Shown one piece after another: positions 17,621 to 26,054 of a stretch of DNA of 64,000 nt (position 1 is the stretch's first letter; every line of letters begins with the position of its first letter). The notes below the pieces were generated by a model. That model was not told where the DNA came from and did not search any database. It was given only the letters and a program-made list of their open reading frames with translations. The DNA is from Candidatus Thorarchaeota archaeon (GTDB lineage: Archaea; Asgardarchaeota; Thorarchaeia; Thorarchaeales; Thorarchaeaceae): NCBI GenBank assembly GCA_018238205.1, contig JABCTV010000003.1, positions 323 to 64,322 on the forward strand. The letters are read 5' to 3'. Both the position numbers and the translations under genes were made by a program.

Positions 17621-17629
17621 ATCAAAAAC

Positions 17630-17657
17630 CAAATCTCGCCTGGGGCTCCACTTCTTC
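17630..17657 (+). repeat. direct repeat copy 3 (28 nt of the tRNA-Thr 3' end plus downstream CTTCTTC)
   Basis: CAAATCTCGCCTGGGGCTCCACTTCTTC lies between the convergent ORFs 17231..17620 and 17662..18171. Confidence 0.85.
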
Positions 17658-17661
17658 ATTT

Positions 17662-18171
17662 TCATTCGGCACCGAGCCAATCTGGTGAGAATCGCAGCTC
17701 ACACACAGCATCCGCTCCATGACCATACTGCAAAGTAGAGTTGAGATATGCTTGGGTTCTTTCTATGAATAGTTTCAGAGTCTTCGGGTTTACGCTTAAC
17801 TCGACAGTAAAATCATCAAGAATGAAGGGTTCGTTATCTAGCGCATCAAATCCGAGTCGCACAACCAACAAATCCAGCCACTGAATCTGAATGCCATGTT
17901 CCTGTCCATAGGATTTGAAATCAAAATCTGTAGGTGGATTGCATTTGAATTTCTTCGTTCCCTTTCCATATGTTTGGAAGAGATTCAACAGTGATTGCAG
18001 GCCATCGCTGAGAGTCTGTAGAGCCTCATTATCGCCTATGATATAGACCTCATCTCTCCATTTTCCATCCCGTTCGTCTTTGACCCGCCAAATCTGGAAG
18101 TTCAGGTCATTGTACTCTTTTCTATTACTTACAGAACTCATCTTAATCACCATTGACTCTGCAGCTAACAA
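17662..18171 (-). CDS. hypothetical protein
   Basis: 169-aa soluble ORF with no motif I recognise. The real start is possibly MSSVSNRKEY. Confidence 0.45.
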   Translation of the reverse strand: MLAAESMVIKMSSVSNRKEYNDLNFQIWRVKDERDGKWRDEVYIIGDNEALQTLSDGLQSLLNLFQTYGKGTKKFKCNPPTDFDFKSYGQEHGIQIQWLDLLVVRLGFDALDNEPFILDDFTVELSVNPKTLKLFIERTQAYLNSTLQYGHGADAVCELRFSPDWLGAE

Positions 18172-18221
18172 TCGTTACTCCCGTAGCAGATTATAATAAT
18201 ATAATCACGACAAACATCGAC

Positions 18222-18626
18222 TTAATCTGAGTTCTGATATTCGTCAATCAAACCGGAAACGTCTTTACAACTATCTCGAAGTTTCTCAGTAGCCTTGATT
18301 TTCTGAAGTGATTTGATAACCAAGTATGCACCAATTGAGGATAGAGCAATTATTCCAATCACCAAACCAAATACAAATGATAGAACACTGTCTATTGAAT
18401 AATAATTTGAAGTTGCTATCAGAATAGTCAGCAGGGACATTGGAATTGTTAGAATACCTATCCCAGTTCGAAGTTCTGCAAGGTGTGTACGTTTTTCAGC
18501 ATCTATCGTTCGAATGAGGGCTAATGCAGTTTTCAGGTCTTGAGGTTCTTTGCTCAAGGTCAACTCACACTCTGTTCCACGGGTCTCCAGGTTTAAGTTC
18601 TCTTCCTGTTTTCTTGCGCTGAGCAA
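18222..18626 (-). CDS. DUF202-like membrane protein
   Basis: The segment EKRTHLAELRTGIGILTIPMSLLTILIA followed by two more TM helices resembles the YidH/DUF202 pattern. Only a TTG start is available. It overlaps the upstream ORF by 62 nt. Confidence 0.5.
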   Translation of the reverse strand: MLSARKQEENLNLETRGTECELTLSKEPQDLKTALALIRTIDAEKRTHLAELRTGIGILTIPMSLLTILIATSNYYSIDSVLSFVFGLVIGIIALSSIGAYLVIKSLQKIKATEKLRDSCKDVSGLIDEYQNSD

Positions 18627-18807
18627 TCAGACGTCTTGCTTCATCTGGACCTACTAGTTCTGATAGCCTCTTGAACATTTCAGGGTCATCAATTCTATCA
18701 AGCCATCTCTCGATCTCTTTAGCTGCTGAAGGCGACAGGTCCTTTGCCAGTTTCTTCTTTCGACCCTTCCTATCAAGGTCAAAGTCGTCGGGTCCTAACA
18801 AACTCAT
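18565..18807 (-). CDS. hypothetical small basic protein (possibly the N-terminal part of the DUF202 gene)
   Basis: 80-aa ORF with an ATG start. Its frame is offset by one nucleotide from 18222..18626. Confidence 0.35.
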   Translation of the reverse strand: MSLLGPDDFDLDRKGRKKKLAKDLSPSAAKEIERWLDRIDDPEMFKRLSELVGPDEARRLIAQRKKTGRELKPGDPWNRV

Positions 18808-18927
18808 TTCTCTTTCACATTAGTTCTTTCGGCATCAAACGTTATGACCTTGTTCATATCACAATGAATCAACATGTACCTGTCCGTTATTCTTATAACC
18901 ACAGATGAAAGTCTGGCCGTTTAGCAA

Positions 18928-19064
18928 GGGTCGGTGGTCTAGATTGGCTACATTCAGTCATTCGTGACTATTGCCAAAAATGATTCCTGGTTTGGGTCTT
19001 GTGGACTCTTGTCCGCATGCAAGACTCCAGGGGATCGGGAGTTCAAATCTCCCCCGGCCCACCA
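18928..19064 (+). tRNA. tRNA-Pro(UGG) with two introns (D-loop ~18951-18980; canonical 37/38 at 18997-19025), CCA encoded
   Basis: Hand-folded. Acceptor GGGTCGG/CCGGCCC with a U4-G69 pair. Anticodon stem CCTGG (18986-90) pairs with CCAGG (19027-31), and the loop TTTGGG..T gives anticodon TGG. The intron helix is GTCTTG/CAAGAC. T arm GGGAG-TTCAAAT-CTCCC. D stem GTCT/TGAT with a U13-U22 pair after removing 30 nt. Confidence 0.8.
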
Positions 19065-19170
19065 TTCTGTTTTTGAATAAATGACCAGAGTCTGTAAGTC
19101 AAATCTGATTTGGCACCCACATCGACAATAGTCGAAATCCTTATGTTCAAACTGCTCAAAACTTCGTGTA

Positions 19171-19896
19171 ATGTCGTATCAATCCTCAGTTCGAGACCGC
19201 CTTGCAAGGCGCATAGCAGGAGAGATTGCTCTTTCAGAGAGTCCAGGCAAGGCTATGCGGATGTGGCGGGAGCGATTCAGACAACCCCAGATTTTACTTG
19301 CTAAACATATTGGAATCAGTCCAAGTGTAATCAGTGATTATGAATCAGGGAGAAGAAAGTCCCCAGGGACCTCAACCATACGACGTTTTGTTATGGCTCT
19401 GCTCACACTTGATGAACGGAATGGTGGGCAGACTGTGGCTGCGTTCGTCCGACTGATGGATGTTAGCTTGGTCGATCTCAATATTGTACTGACAATGAGT
19501 GACTTTTCATCACCAATCACAGCCAAAGATTTTTGCAAGCACATGAAGTGTACCATCCTTGCCGGAGAAAAGTATCTAGATCGAGAACTCTTCGGCTATA
19601 CTCTCGTTGATGTGGAGCGAGCAGTGAAGGAGCTCAACAGCGATGAGTTTCTCAAATTGTTCGGTGCAACTACTGAACGATGTCTACTCTTCACAAAGGT
19701 AAATACTGGGCGAGCCCCCATGATTGCAATCAAGTCTCAGGAGTTCAAACCATCTTTTGTCATACTTCACGGTGTTGGTGAAGTGGACCGCTTGGCGATA
19801 GAGCTAGCTGAGCAAATGCGAATTCCTCTTGCGGTGAGCAAGATCGGGTCTATTGAAGCTCTTTCAAAAGAACTTCGAGCTCTTGAACCAATCTAA
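19171..19896 (+). CDS. XRE-type HTH transcriptional regulator with C-terminal domain
   Basis: HTH segment QILLAKHIGISPSVISDYESGRRKSPG. 241 aa. Its 3' end overlaps the convergent pyrB by 4 nt. Confidence 0.6.
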   Translation: MSYQSSVRDRLARRIAGEIALSESPGKAMRMWRERFRQPQILLAKHIGISPSVISDYESGRRKSPGTSTIRRFVMALLTLDERNGGQTVAAFVRLMDVSLVDLNIVLTMSDFSSPITAKDFCKHMKCTILAGEKYLDRELFGYTLVDVERAVKELNSDEFLKLFGATTERCLLFTKVNTGRAPMIAIKSQEFKPSFVILHGVGEVDRLAIELAEQMRIPLAVSKIGSIEALSKELRALEPI

Positions 19897-20807
19897 CCAA
19901 GAATCATTTTCAATACTGCCATTCTAAGAATGACACCATTGTAGACCTGATCAAAGTACTTTGCTTGGGGTAAGTCGTCAATATTGGAGCTTAGTTCATC
20001 TACTCTTGGCAGGGGATGCAATACAATAGCATCATCTCTCAATAGTTCTGCCTGTTCTGACCCGATTCGAAATCGACCTTTGACCTTGTCATATTCTCGA
20101 ACATCAGGGAACCTCTCTTTCTGGATACGGGTCATATAGACGACATCAACATCTTGGATAGCCTCTTTGACATCATCTACTTGAGTAACTTCTACTCCTG
20201 CTTTCTTCATTTCATTAACAATTGTAGGTTTCATCCTCAATTGTTGTGGAGCTGCTAATTTGATTTTGACATCGTAATGTGAGAGCCCCATACCTAATGA
20301 ATGGACAGTTCGACCATACTTCAGGTCTCCACAGAGGGAGATTGTAAGTCCATCAATTTTACCTTTGAATTTCTTTATTGAATACAGGTCTAAGAGTGCC
20401 TGGGTTGGATGCTCTTCAGAACCACTCCCTGCATTGATTACAGGAATACTTGAAAACTCTGCAGCTACTCTTGCTGAACCATCTAATGGATGTCTCATTA
20501 CGATAATATCTGCGTATCTCTCAACAGTTCTGATAGTATCTGCAAGTGTTTCTCCTTTTCCACCAGCACTGGAAGTTCCTGCGTCTGCAAATCCCAGAAT
20601 ACTTCCTCCGAGACGTAACATAGCACTCTCAAACGACAGTCGTGTTCTTGTTGAAGCTTCAAAGAAAAGAACAGCCATAATCTTTGACTCAAGATCTTTG
20701 CTTCTTTTTACAGATACAGATTCCATCTTGGCTGCAACATCAAGGATTTCATCAATCTGTTCTCTGTCAAGGTCATGAATACTAATTAGATTGCGGAGCT
20801 CGCCCAT
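19893..20807 (-). CDS. pyrB: aspartate carbamoyltransferase catalytic subunit
   Basis: Carbamoyl-phosphate motif STRTRLSFE, plus HPTQALLD and HPLPR motifs. 304 aa. No pyrI gene is adjacent. Confidence 0.9.
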   Translation of the reverse strand: MGELRNLISIHDLDREQIDEILDVAAKMESVSVKRSKDLESKIMAVLFFEASTRTRLSFESAMLRLGGSILGFADAGTSSAGGKGETLADTIRTVERYADIIVMRHPLDGSARVAAEFSSIPVINAGSGSEEHPTQALLDLYSIKKFKGKIDGLTISLCGDLKYGRTVHSLGMGLSHYDVKIKLAAPQQLRMKPTIVNEMKKAGVEVTQVDDVKEAIQDVDVVYMTRIQKERFPDVREYDKVKGRFRIGSEQAELLRDDAIVLHPLPRVDELSSNIDDLPQAKYFDQVYNGVILRMAVLKMILG

Positions 20808-20870
20808 GTGTATCTACACCTGGGTTCGATTGGGGAAATGATTTCCTCTTTAAGCTTTCCAGCTTATTGG

Positions 20871-21359
20871 TCATTTTGAAGAATTTCGACCATATTTTCT
20901 AGGAATCTCAACTTTTCTGAGGATAAGATTTGATTCTTTCACCAGTTGAGCAGCCAAGTCATCATCATATTCCTCGATATAGATGATTTCTTGAATACCT
21001 GCATTGATAATCATCTTTGTACAAATACTACAAGGTCTCGTTGTGCAGTAGATCTTAGATTCTCTGACACTTATCCCATGATATGCTGCTTGAATTATTG
21101 CATTCTGTTCAGCATGAAGCCCTCTACATAATTCGTGACGTGTTCCTGGTTTAACGCCCAGTTCTTCTCTGATACAACCAACTTCATCACAATGTGGTAG
21201 GCCCTTTGGAGCTCCATTATATCCTGTACTAAGAATCTGTGATTCCTTAACTATCACCGCACCAACTTGATTTCTTAGACATGTGCTCCTTGATGACACT
21301 AGGTCTGCAATTTCTGCAAAGTATACATCCTTGCTCTTTCTTTTCAATTCGTTCTTCAC
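20871..21359 (-). CDS. deoxycytidylate (dCMP) deaminase
   Basis: Zinc-binding motifs HAEQNAI and [14 protein letters not shown]. 162 aa. Confidence 0.85.
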   Translation of the reverse strand: MKNELKRKSKDVYFAEIADLVSSRSTCLRNQVGAVIVKESQILSTGYNGAPKGLPHCDEVGCIREELGVKPGTRHELCRGLHAEQNAIIQAAYHGISVRESKIYCTTRPCSICTKMIINAGIQEIIYIEEYDDDLAAQLVKESNLILRKVEIPRKYGRNSSK

Positions 21360-21487
21360 CTATATGCAGTTACTTGAGGGTCCATCTGCCACGCTTAAGA
21401 AGTTCCCTCTTAATTATGAAACATGACTTATGGGAAAGGTAAAAAGAGTAACAAACTGAGATTGAGTATCAGACTGTGGTGTAATTA

Positions 21488-21856
21488 ATGAGAAAACGTG
21501 ATGGGATGGTTATATTCTGGCCCGCATATTTTGACCAAAATTACACTAGATCCCAGGGTCGTAAAATTCCGAGCAAACTTTCTGCTCCAGATGTTACTCT
21601 TGCCCTGCTCAAAAAGGCAGCAGAATCATTAGAATTAGAATATGAGCTAGAACCTGAAAAACGGTATCCAAGAAACTGGACGGAGTCTCAAGGATACATC
21701 GTTATAGCTAATGATGAAGGTCACAAAAAGAAGAGACTCATGCTAATGTTAGCAAAGGGTGTTCGAAGAGCTGCTGCTCAGAGGAAATCTGCACTATTAG
21801 CTGCTGAACAGAAGAAGGGAAAGGGAAAGAAGAAAGGTAAGAAGAAGAGGAAATGA
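21488..21856 (+). CDS. srp19: signal recognition particle protein SRP19
   Basis: N-terminus VIFWPAYFDQNYTRSQGRKIP and a Lys-rich tail, typical of archaeal SRP19. Confidence 0.85.
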   Translation: MRKRDGMVIFWPAYFDQNYTRSQGRKIPSKLSAPDVTLALLKKAAESLELEYELEPEKRYPRNWTESQGYIVIANDEGHKKKRLMLMLAKGVRRAAAQRKSALLAAEQKKGKGKKKGKKKRK

Positions 21857-21878
21857 AATTTACTAGGAGTCATATTAC

Positions 21879-22118
21879 TTGCGGCGATTAGGAAAAGTAC
21901 TCCACATTTCAAACCGTGGTTCAATCATCATTCGTACTGAAAAGACACCTCCAGTGGGAAGACAAACTATTGTGATGGATAAGAAAGCGCAAGAAGTAGG
22001 TACAATCATCGATGTGTTTGGACCAGTGAAGTTTCCTTATGTTGCAATCAAACCAAATCGTGGATATGACCCTCAGAAACTTGTCGGTCAGATGCTGTAT
22101 TTATACAAAAAGCAATGA
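21879..22118 (+). CDS. gar1: H/ACA ribonucleoprotein component Gar1
   Basis: The pattern LGKVLHISNRGSIIIRTEK...PPVGRQTIVMDKKAQEVGTIIDVFGPVKFPYVAIKP matches the Gar1 core. TTG start. Confidence 0.8.
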   Translation: MRRLGKVLHISNRGSIIIRTEKTPPVGRQTIVMDKKAQEVGTIIDVFGPVKFPYVAIKPNRGYDPQKLVGQMLYLYKKQ

Positions 22119-22246
22119 ACACTTGTGTACATCCATGTCAACTATAATACGACGTTTGCCGATAATGGTTAGTAGCTTCCGATTATTTAATATCTGTTCG
22201 TGCAGTTCGTACTATGTTGCCATGTGTCTTATCAAAGGTCATTTCA

Positions 22247-22591
22247 ATGAACGATGCTATTGATTCGATTCTTAGCGAATTAAAATCCGCAAAAATGGGT
22301 CTAGGCATTGATGAACTGACTAAGAAACTTGGCATCGATAAAAAACAGATCACGTTAGCTCTAACGACTCTGATGTCCGAGGGACGGATAATGCAGAAAC
22401 AAGAACTCGAAAACGACAAGTACATGATAAAACCAGCAATCACTGATGACAGCGAGCCCAGTGGTCTATCCGATATGAATGGGTGTCCATGCTTCCATTG
22501 TTTGCGAATTAGTAAATGCGGTATTAGACAACCAGATTCACCAGCCGAGTGTAGTGAATTGGAAGAATGGATGGGCGCAGATATTCGGTAG
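22247..22591 (+). CDS. small winged-helix protein with C-terminal cysteine cluster (TFE-beta/RPC34-like, tentative)
   Basis: wH-like segment LGIDELTKKLGIDKKQITLALTTLMSEGRIMQ, then CPCFHCLRISKC followed by a further Cys (AEC). The start is set at MNDAID; the track ORF begins at 22214. Confidence 0.45.
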   Translation: MNDAIDSILSELKSAKMGLGIDELTKKLGIDKKQITLALTTLMSEGRIMQKQELENDKYMIKPAITDDSEPSGLSDMNGCPCFHCLRISKCGIRQPDSPAECSELEEWMGADIR

Positions 22592-22597
22592 TCTGCA

Positions 22598-23227
22598 CTA
22601 TTTCTTCTTACTTTGCGCTTTTTTGCGCGGTCCAATGGCTAGTAGATATATCTCTGCACTAGTCTTACGTGAAGCTGGAGGTTTGATTATTTTAACAGAG
22701 TTGAAGCGTTTCCGTGTTTCTACTAAGAACTCATGAAATCCCTGTCCTTGGAATACTTTGGCTAGGGCTTTACCTTTTGGGCCAAGAACTTTGTGTGCAA
22801 TATCATAGGTACGTTCTGCCAGTTCAAGCTGTCTGACTACATCCAAATCCCATTGTCCCGACACTTTTGGAGAACAGTCTGAGAGTACTAGATCAAACGG
22901 GGTTCCAGCTAAATTCTCGGCTTTTGCTATGATTTCATCATCAAGAATACTTCCTTGAATGAAATGAACTCCTTGAACAGGGGGCATAGGGTCTAGATCT
23001 ATTGCAACAATCTGCAGGCTCCCATCAAGCTCGCGTAAGACTTGAGTCCAACCACCTGGAGCACTACACAACTCCAGTACAATCTCTACTCCTTTCAAGA
23101 GTTTCTGATTCTTAGCAATCTGTCTGATTTTGAAGGCTGACCTGCTCCGATATCCTGCCTTCTTTGCCGCTATGTAATACGGATCTTTTCTACGGCGCCC
23201 TCCTTCTGAACTTCTTGCTATTTCTTT
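22598..23227 (-). CDS. rrmJ: rRNA (uridine-2'-O)-methyltransferase RrmJ/FtsJ family; start codon unresolved
   Basis: SAM motif VLELCSAPGGW plus later DLVLSD and K..G..L.KVFQG motifs. The conserved N-terminal segment RKDPYYIAAKKAGYRSRSAFKI lies upstream of the track's TTG start at 23098. There is no ATG, GTG or TTG before it, back to the in-frame TGA at 23228-23230. Confidence 0.8.
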   Translation of the reverse strand, partial: KEIARSSEGGRRRKDPYYIAAKKAGYRSRSAFKIRQIAKNQKLLKGVEIVLELCSAPGGWTQVLRELDGSLQIVAIDLDPMPPVQGVHFIQGSILDDEIIAKAENLAGTPFDLVLSDCSPKVSGQWDLDVVRQLELAERTYDIAHKVLGPKGKALAKVFQGQGFHEFLVETRKRFNSVKIIKPPASRKTSAEIYLLAIGPRKKAQSKKK

Positions 23228-24433
23228 TCACCTTCCTATCAAATCTATAATTACTGTCTTCACATCAACAACAGAGGCACTTGTTCTAATCGCAGTTGGT
23301 CTGAAGTGTGTTCTGGCCACTTTGTGTCCTGCATTTTTGAGGTATTCTATAACATCTCTATTCTTAGGTGGAGTAAGGTTGTACAAGTCACAGAGGACAT
23401 GAAGGTCAATGTATGGATACTCTATTAGAGCATACTCTTCAAGCATTTCTTCTAGGATTCTTGGAACTCGTTTATGGTAAATATTTGCATCATCCTTCTT
23501 GAATACATCATTTGTTCTCTTCAATATTTTCGAATCGAATAGATTCCCGATCCAAAGGGGTCCTGCCTCTCTAACTGGTCCTTTACAGTTCTTAATGTCA
23601 TGTTCAAAGTCTATATTTTCATGCCTTGCTTTTAGTGGAATTGTCTGGGTTCGCATACACCCTTGACAATATCGAATTACTCCGAGATTGTCTGCTTGGC
23701 GATTAGATTTCTTTCTATTAGCTTCAATCTTAACCCATGTTCTGACATAGTGATCTGTACTCAGCACCGCTATTGGAGTCATTGAGCAATCATTGAGACC
23801 TGCTATTCTAAATGCTATTGCATCAAGGAGCCTAACGGCCAGTTCATGCACAAAGGGAGCTCTTATAGAAAATCCTCCGTATCGTCGCATGGCTACCTTT
23901 GGATATGCTCCACATAGAACTGGCATATCAGTAGCAGTGAGAGCAAGTAAACCTCCTTTTGGGTTCAGGGACTGAATTGCTGCATTCAGATATGGTGCTG
24001 GTGTGCCAAATGGATCAACATCCACATAATCAAAGCGCTTCTCTCTTGACTCTGTCATCAATAAAAGCTTAGCATCACCCTTCAGTACCTTTGCTCTGTT
24101 CTCCAATCCAAGTAGTTTGATATTTTTAGTTGCTGTTTCCACCGCGGTTGGGTTGACATCGAACATATCAGCAGAAAAATCTCCAGTGCATTCATTCAAG
24201 TACCGGAGAGTTCTGACACCAGACCCAGTCAGTGGTTCACACATTGATTCGATATTGTTACTCTCCAAGTATCCAGAGAGAAGTAAAACGGATATGTCTC
24301 GATTGAGCTGCATTCGAGGGTTGTAGAATACTGGAAGGCTGGCTGAGATCTGTTTCTTATCACCACTATAGTGCTCTACATCTGCACTCAGGAATGTTGT
24401 CCTGCCTTCTGTATACTCTTTCTCGACTGTCAT
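23228..24433 (-). CDS. trm1: tRNA (guanine26-N2)-dimethyltransferase Trm1
   Basis: 401 aa. FYNPRMQLNRDISVLLL, DVDPFGTPAPYLNAAIQ and a C-terminal Cys-containing domain (RYCQGCMR) are typical of Trm1. Confidence 0.9.
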   Translation of the reverse strand: MTVEKEYTEGRTTFLSADVEHYSGDKKQISASLPVFYNPRMQLNRDISVLLLSGYLESNNIESMCEPLTGSGVRTLRYLNECTGDFSADMFDVNPTAVETATKNIKLLGLENRAKVLKGDAKLLLMTESREKRFDYVDVDPFGTPAPYLNAAIQSLNPKGGLLALTATDMPVLCGAYPKVAMRRYGGFSIRAPFVHELAVRLLDAIAFRIAGLNDCSMTPIAVLSTDHYVRTWVKIEANRKKSNRQADNLGVIRYCQGCMRTQTIPLKARHENIDFEHDIKNCKGPVREAGPLWIGNLFDSKILKRTNDVFKKDDANIYHKRVPRILEEMLEEYALIEYPYIDLHVLCDLYNLTPPKNRDVIEYLKNAGHKVARTHFRPTAIRTSASVVDVKTVIIDLIGR

Positions 24434-24550
24434 CTAATTCAAATATGCCAATAGGCAAGGCTATGACTATTCCGATATGTCTAAGTAGACAAGGATGAGG
24501 AATCAAGTAATACGACGGTGTTCGTAAACTAGTTTGTAAGGTGTTTAAAC

Positions 24551-25039
24551 TTGCCAACAAAAATTAAGATTCAAACAAACCGTGGCGATATGGTAGCAGA
24601 ATTCTTCAATGATGATGCAATCAACACGGTCAAGAATTTTGTCACTCTTGCTCAGTTAGCCTATTATAACGGGCTTACTTTTCATCGAGTTGTTGATAAA
24701 TTCGTAATCCAGGGCGGAGACCCTACAGGAACTGGTTCTGGAGGTCCTGGATATGCTATCCCCTGTGAAACCCGAGGTCACAGACAGAAGCACAAGGTTG
24801 GTGCTTTCTCAATGGCACATGCTGGAAGAGATACCGGCGGAAGTCAATTCTTCATTGTACTTGATGAGGGCAACACAAAACACCTCAATGAAAAACACAC
24901 AGTTTTTGGTCAGGTAATCGAAGGACTTGATGTGGTCCCACAAATCCAACAGGGTGACAAGATGTTGAAAGTTGAAGTCATTGAAGTTGACCCTGCAATT
25001 GAAAGCCACGAGCTTAAGAAATTGAAGTCATGGCGTTAG
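24551..25039 (+). CDS. cyclophilin-type peptidyl-prolyl cis-trans isomerase
   Basis: The segments FHRVVDKFVIQGGDPTGTGSGGPGY, SMAHAGRDTGGSQFFI and HTVFGQV are classic cyclophilin signatures. TTG start. Confidence 0.9.
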   Translation: MPTKIKIQTNRGDMVAEFFNDDAINTVKNFVTLAQLAYYNGLTFHRVVDKFVIQGGDPTGTGSGGPGYAIPCETRGHRQKHKVGAFSMAHAGRDTGGSQFFIVLDEGNTKHLNEKHTVFGQVIEGLDVVPQIQQGDKMLKVEVIEVDPAIESHELKKLKSWR

Positions 25040-25066
25040 TTTTGATTATGTAGTGAAGAGGAGACC

Positions 25067-26029
25067 ATGGTTTCCTGCTTCCCACCTTTAAAATACCATA
25101 CTTTATCGGGACGATATCGATTGAACAAAATCATGCCTCTAAGATTTGGTCAAACCGCTATGGAATTTGAAGCCACAGCTCAGCGAATAATTGTAGATGG
25201 TATTCCGGATTTTTCTAGGGTTGATGCTGTAGATGTAGTACGTGATTGTGTGCAGGAGGGTTTCTCGGTTGTAGAACTCACTTTGGATGCACAACACATA
25301 ATCCCTAACTTGTTCACACCTGAGTCTATCAACAGGCTAGTCGACCTTAAGGATGAACTTGGACATTCATACACTGCACACCTTCCATTTTGGTCAATAG
25401 AACTAGCATCATTCAATGAGCATGTGCGAAAGGGATGCATTGAGAGTACAATAGAATCAATTGAGCTGACCAAACCTCTGAACCCAGAAGCTTACGTCTT
25501 ACATACGACTGGGGACCTTGGTGCCTATGTTTCTTCGCTAAACTATGGCGGTAGTGTAGTTCAGTTACTTTGCACCCTACTAGCCGGTTATGCAGCAACA
25601 AGTGTTGAAGAGATAATCAGTAGAACCGAGATTGATCCCCGTAAGTTGGCTATAGAGAATGTAGAGTTCCCATTTGACATCATGCGACCCGTTATCGATG
25701 ATTTGGATGTGAGTATTTGTTTTGATACCGCGCATCTTCTTTCTGAGATGTCAGGTACTGAATCCATCATGGATTTCTACCAAGCTCACAAGGATAGAAT
25801 CACAGAAATTCATCTACAAGATGGAACAATCACAAGATACGACGGAGCTGTAGCTCGTGAAGACCATATTGCACTAGGTCGTGGAATAATGGGAGATGAG
25901 GTTCTTAGGGAATTTCTGCTAGCTTTGATTAAGGATGACTTTGACGGTCCTGTCATTTTCGAGCTCACTAAACAGGAAACAAGAGAGTCCTTAGATCGCA
26001 TCAAGAAAGTTGTCCCTGAAGTACTATAG
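25067..26029 (+). CDS. xylose-isomerase-like TIM-barrel (sugar phosphate isomerase/epimerase family) protein
   Basis: Pattern of conserved acidic and His residues (VELTLD, HLPF, VLHT, ENVEFP, FDTAHL, IHLQD, IFEL) typical of the AP-endonuclease-2/TIM-barrel family. The likely start is MPLRFGQ at nt 25133. Confidence 0.6.
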   Translation: MVSCFPPLKYHTLSGRYRLNKIMPLRFGQTAMEFEATAQRIIVDGIPDFSRVDAVDVVRDCVQEGFSVVELTLDAQHIIPNLFTPESINRLVDLKDELGHSYTAHLPFWSIELASFNEHVRKGCIESTIESIELTKPLNPEAYVLHTTGDLGAYVSSLNYGGSVVQLLCTLLAGYAATSVEEIISRTEIDPRKLAIENVEFPFDIMRPVIDDLDVSICFDTAHLLSEMSGTESIMDFYQAHKDRITEIHLQDGTITRYDGAVAREDHIALGRGIMGDEVLREFLLALIKDDFDGPVIFELTKQETRESLDRIKKVVPEVL

Positions 26030-26054
26030 GAAAAAATTCTCTTTATCTATTCAA

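Noticed and set aside
22183-22635. 150-aa minus-strand ORF
   Set aside because: It is antisense to the better-supported wH/Cys-cluster gene and to the rrmJ 3' flank, with no recognisable features.
23228-23230. Selenocysteine or genetic-code reassignment as the explanation for the in-frame TGA between trm1 and rrmJ
   Set aside because: TGA terminates many other well-supported genes in the window (for example 34..498 and gar1). I see no obvious SECIS-like element, and neither enzyme family is a known selenoprotein. It is kept only as an unresolved start-codon or read-through question.
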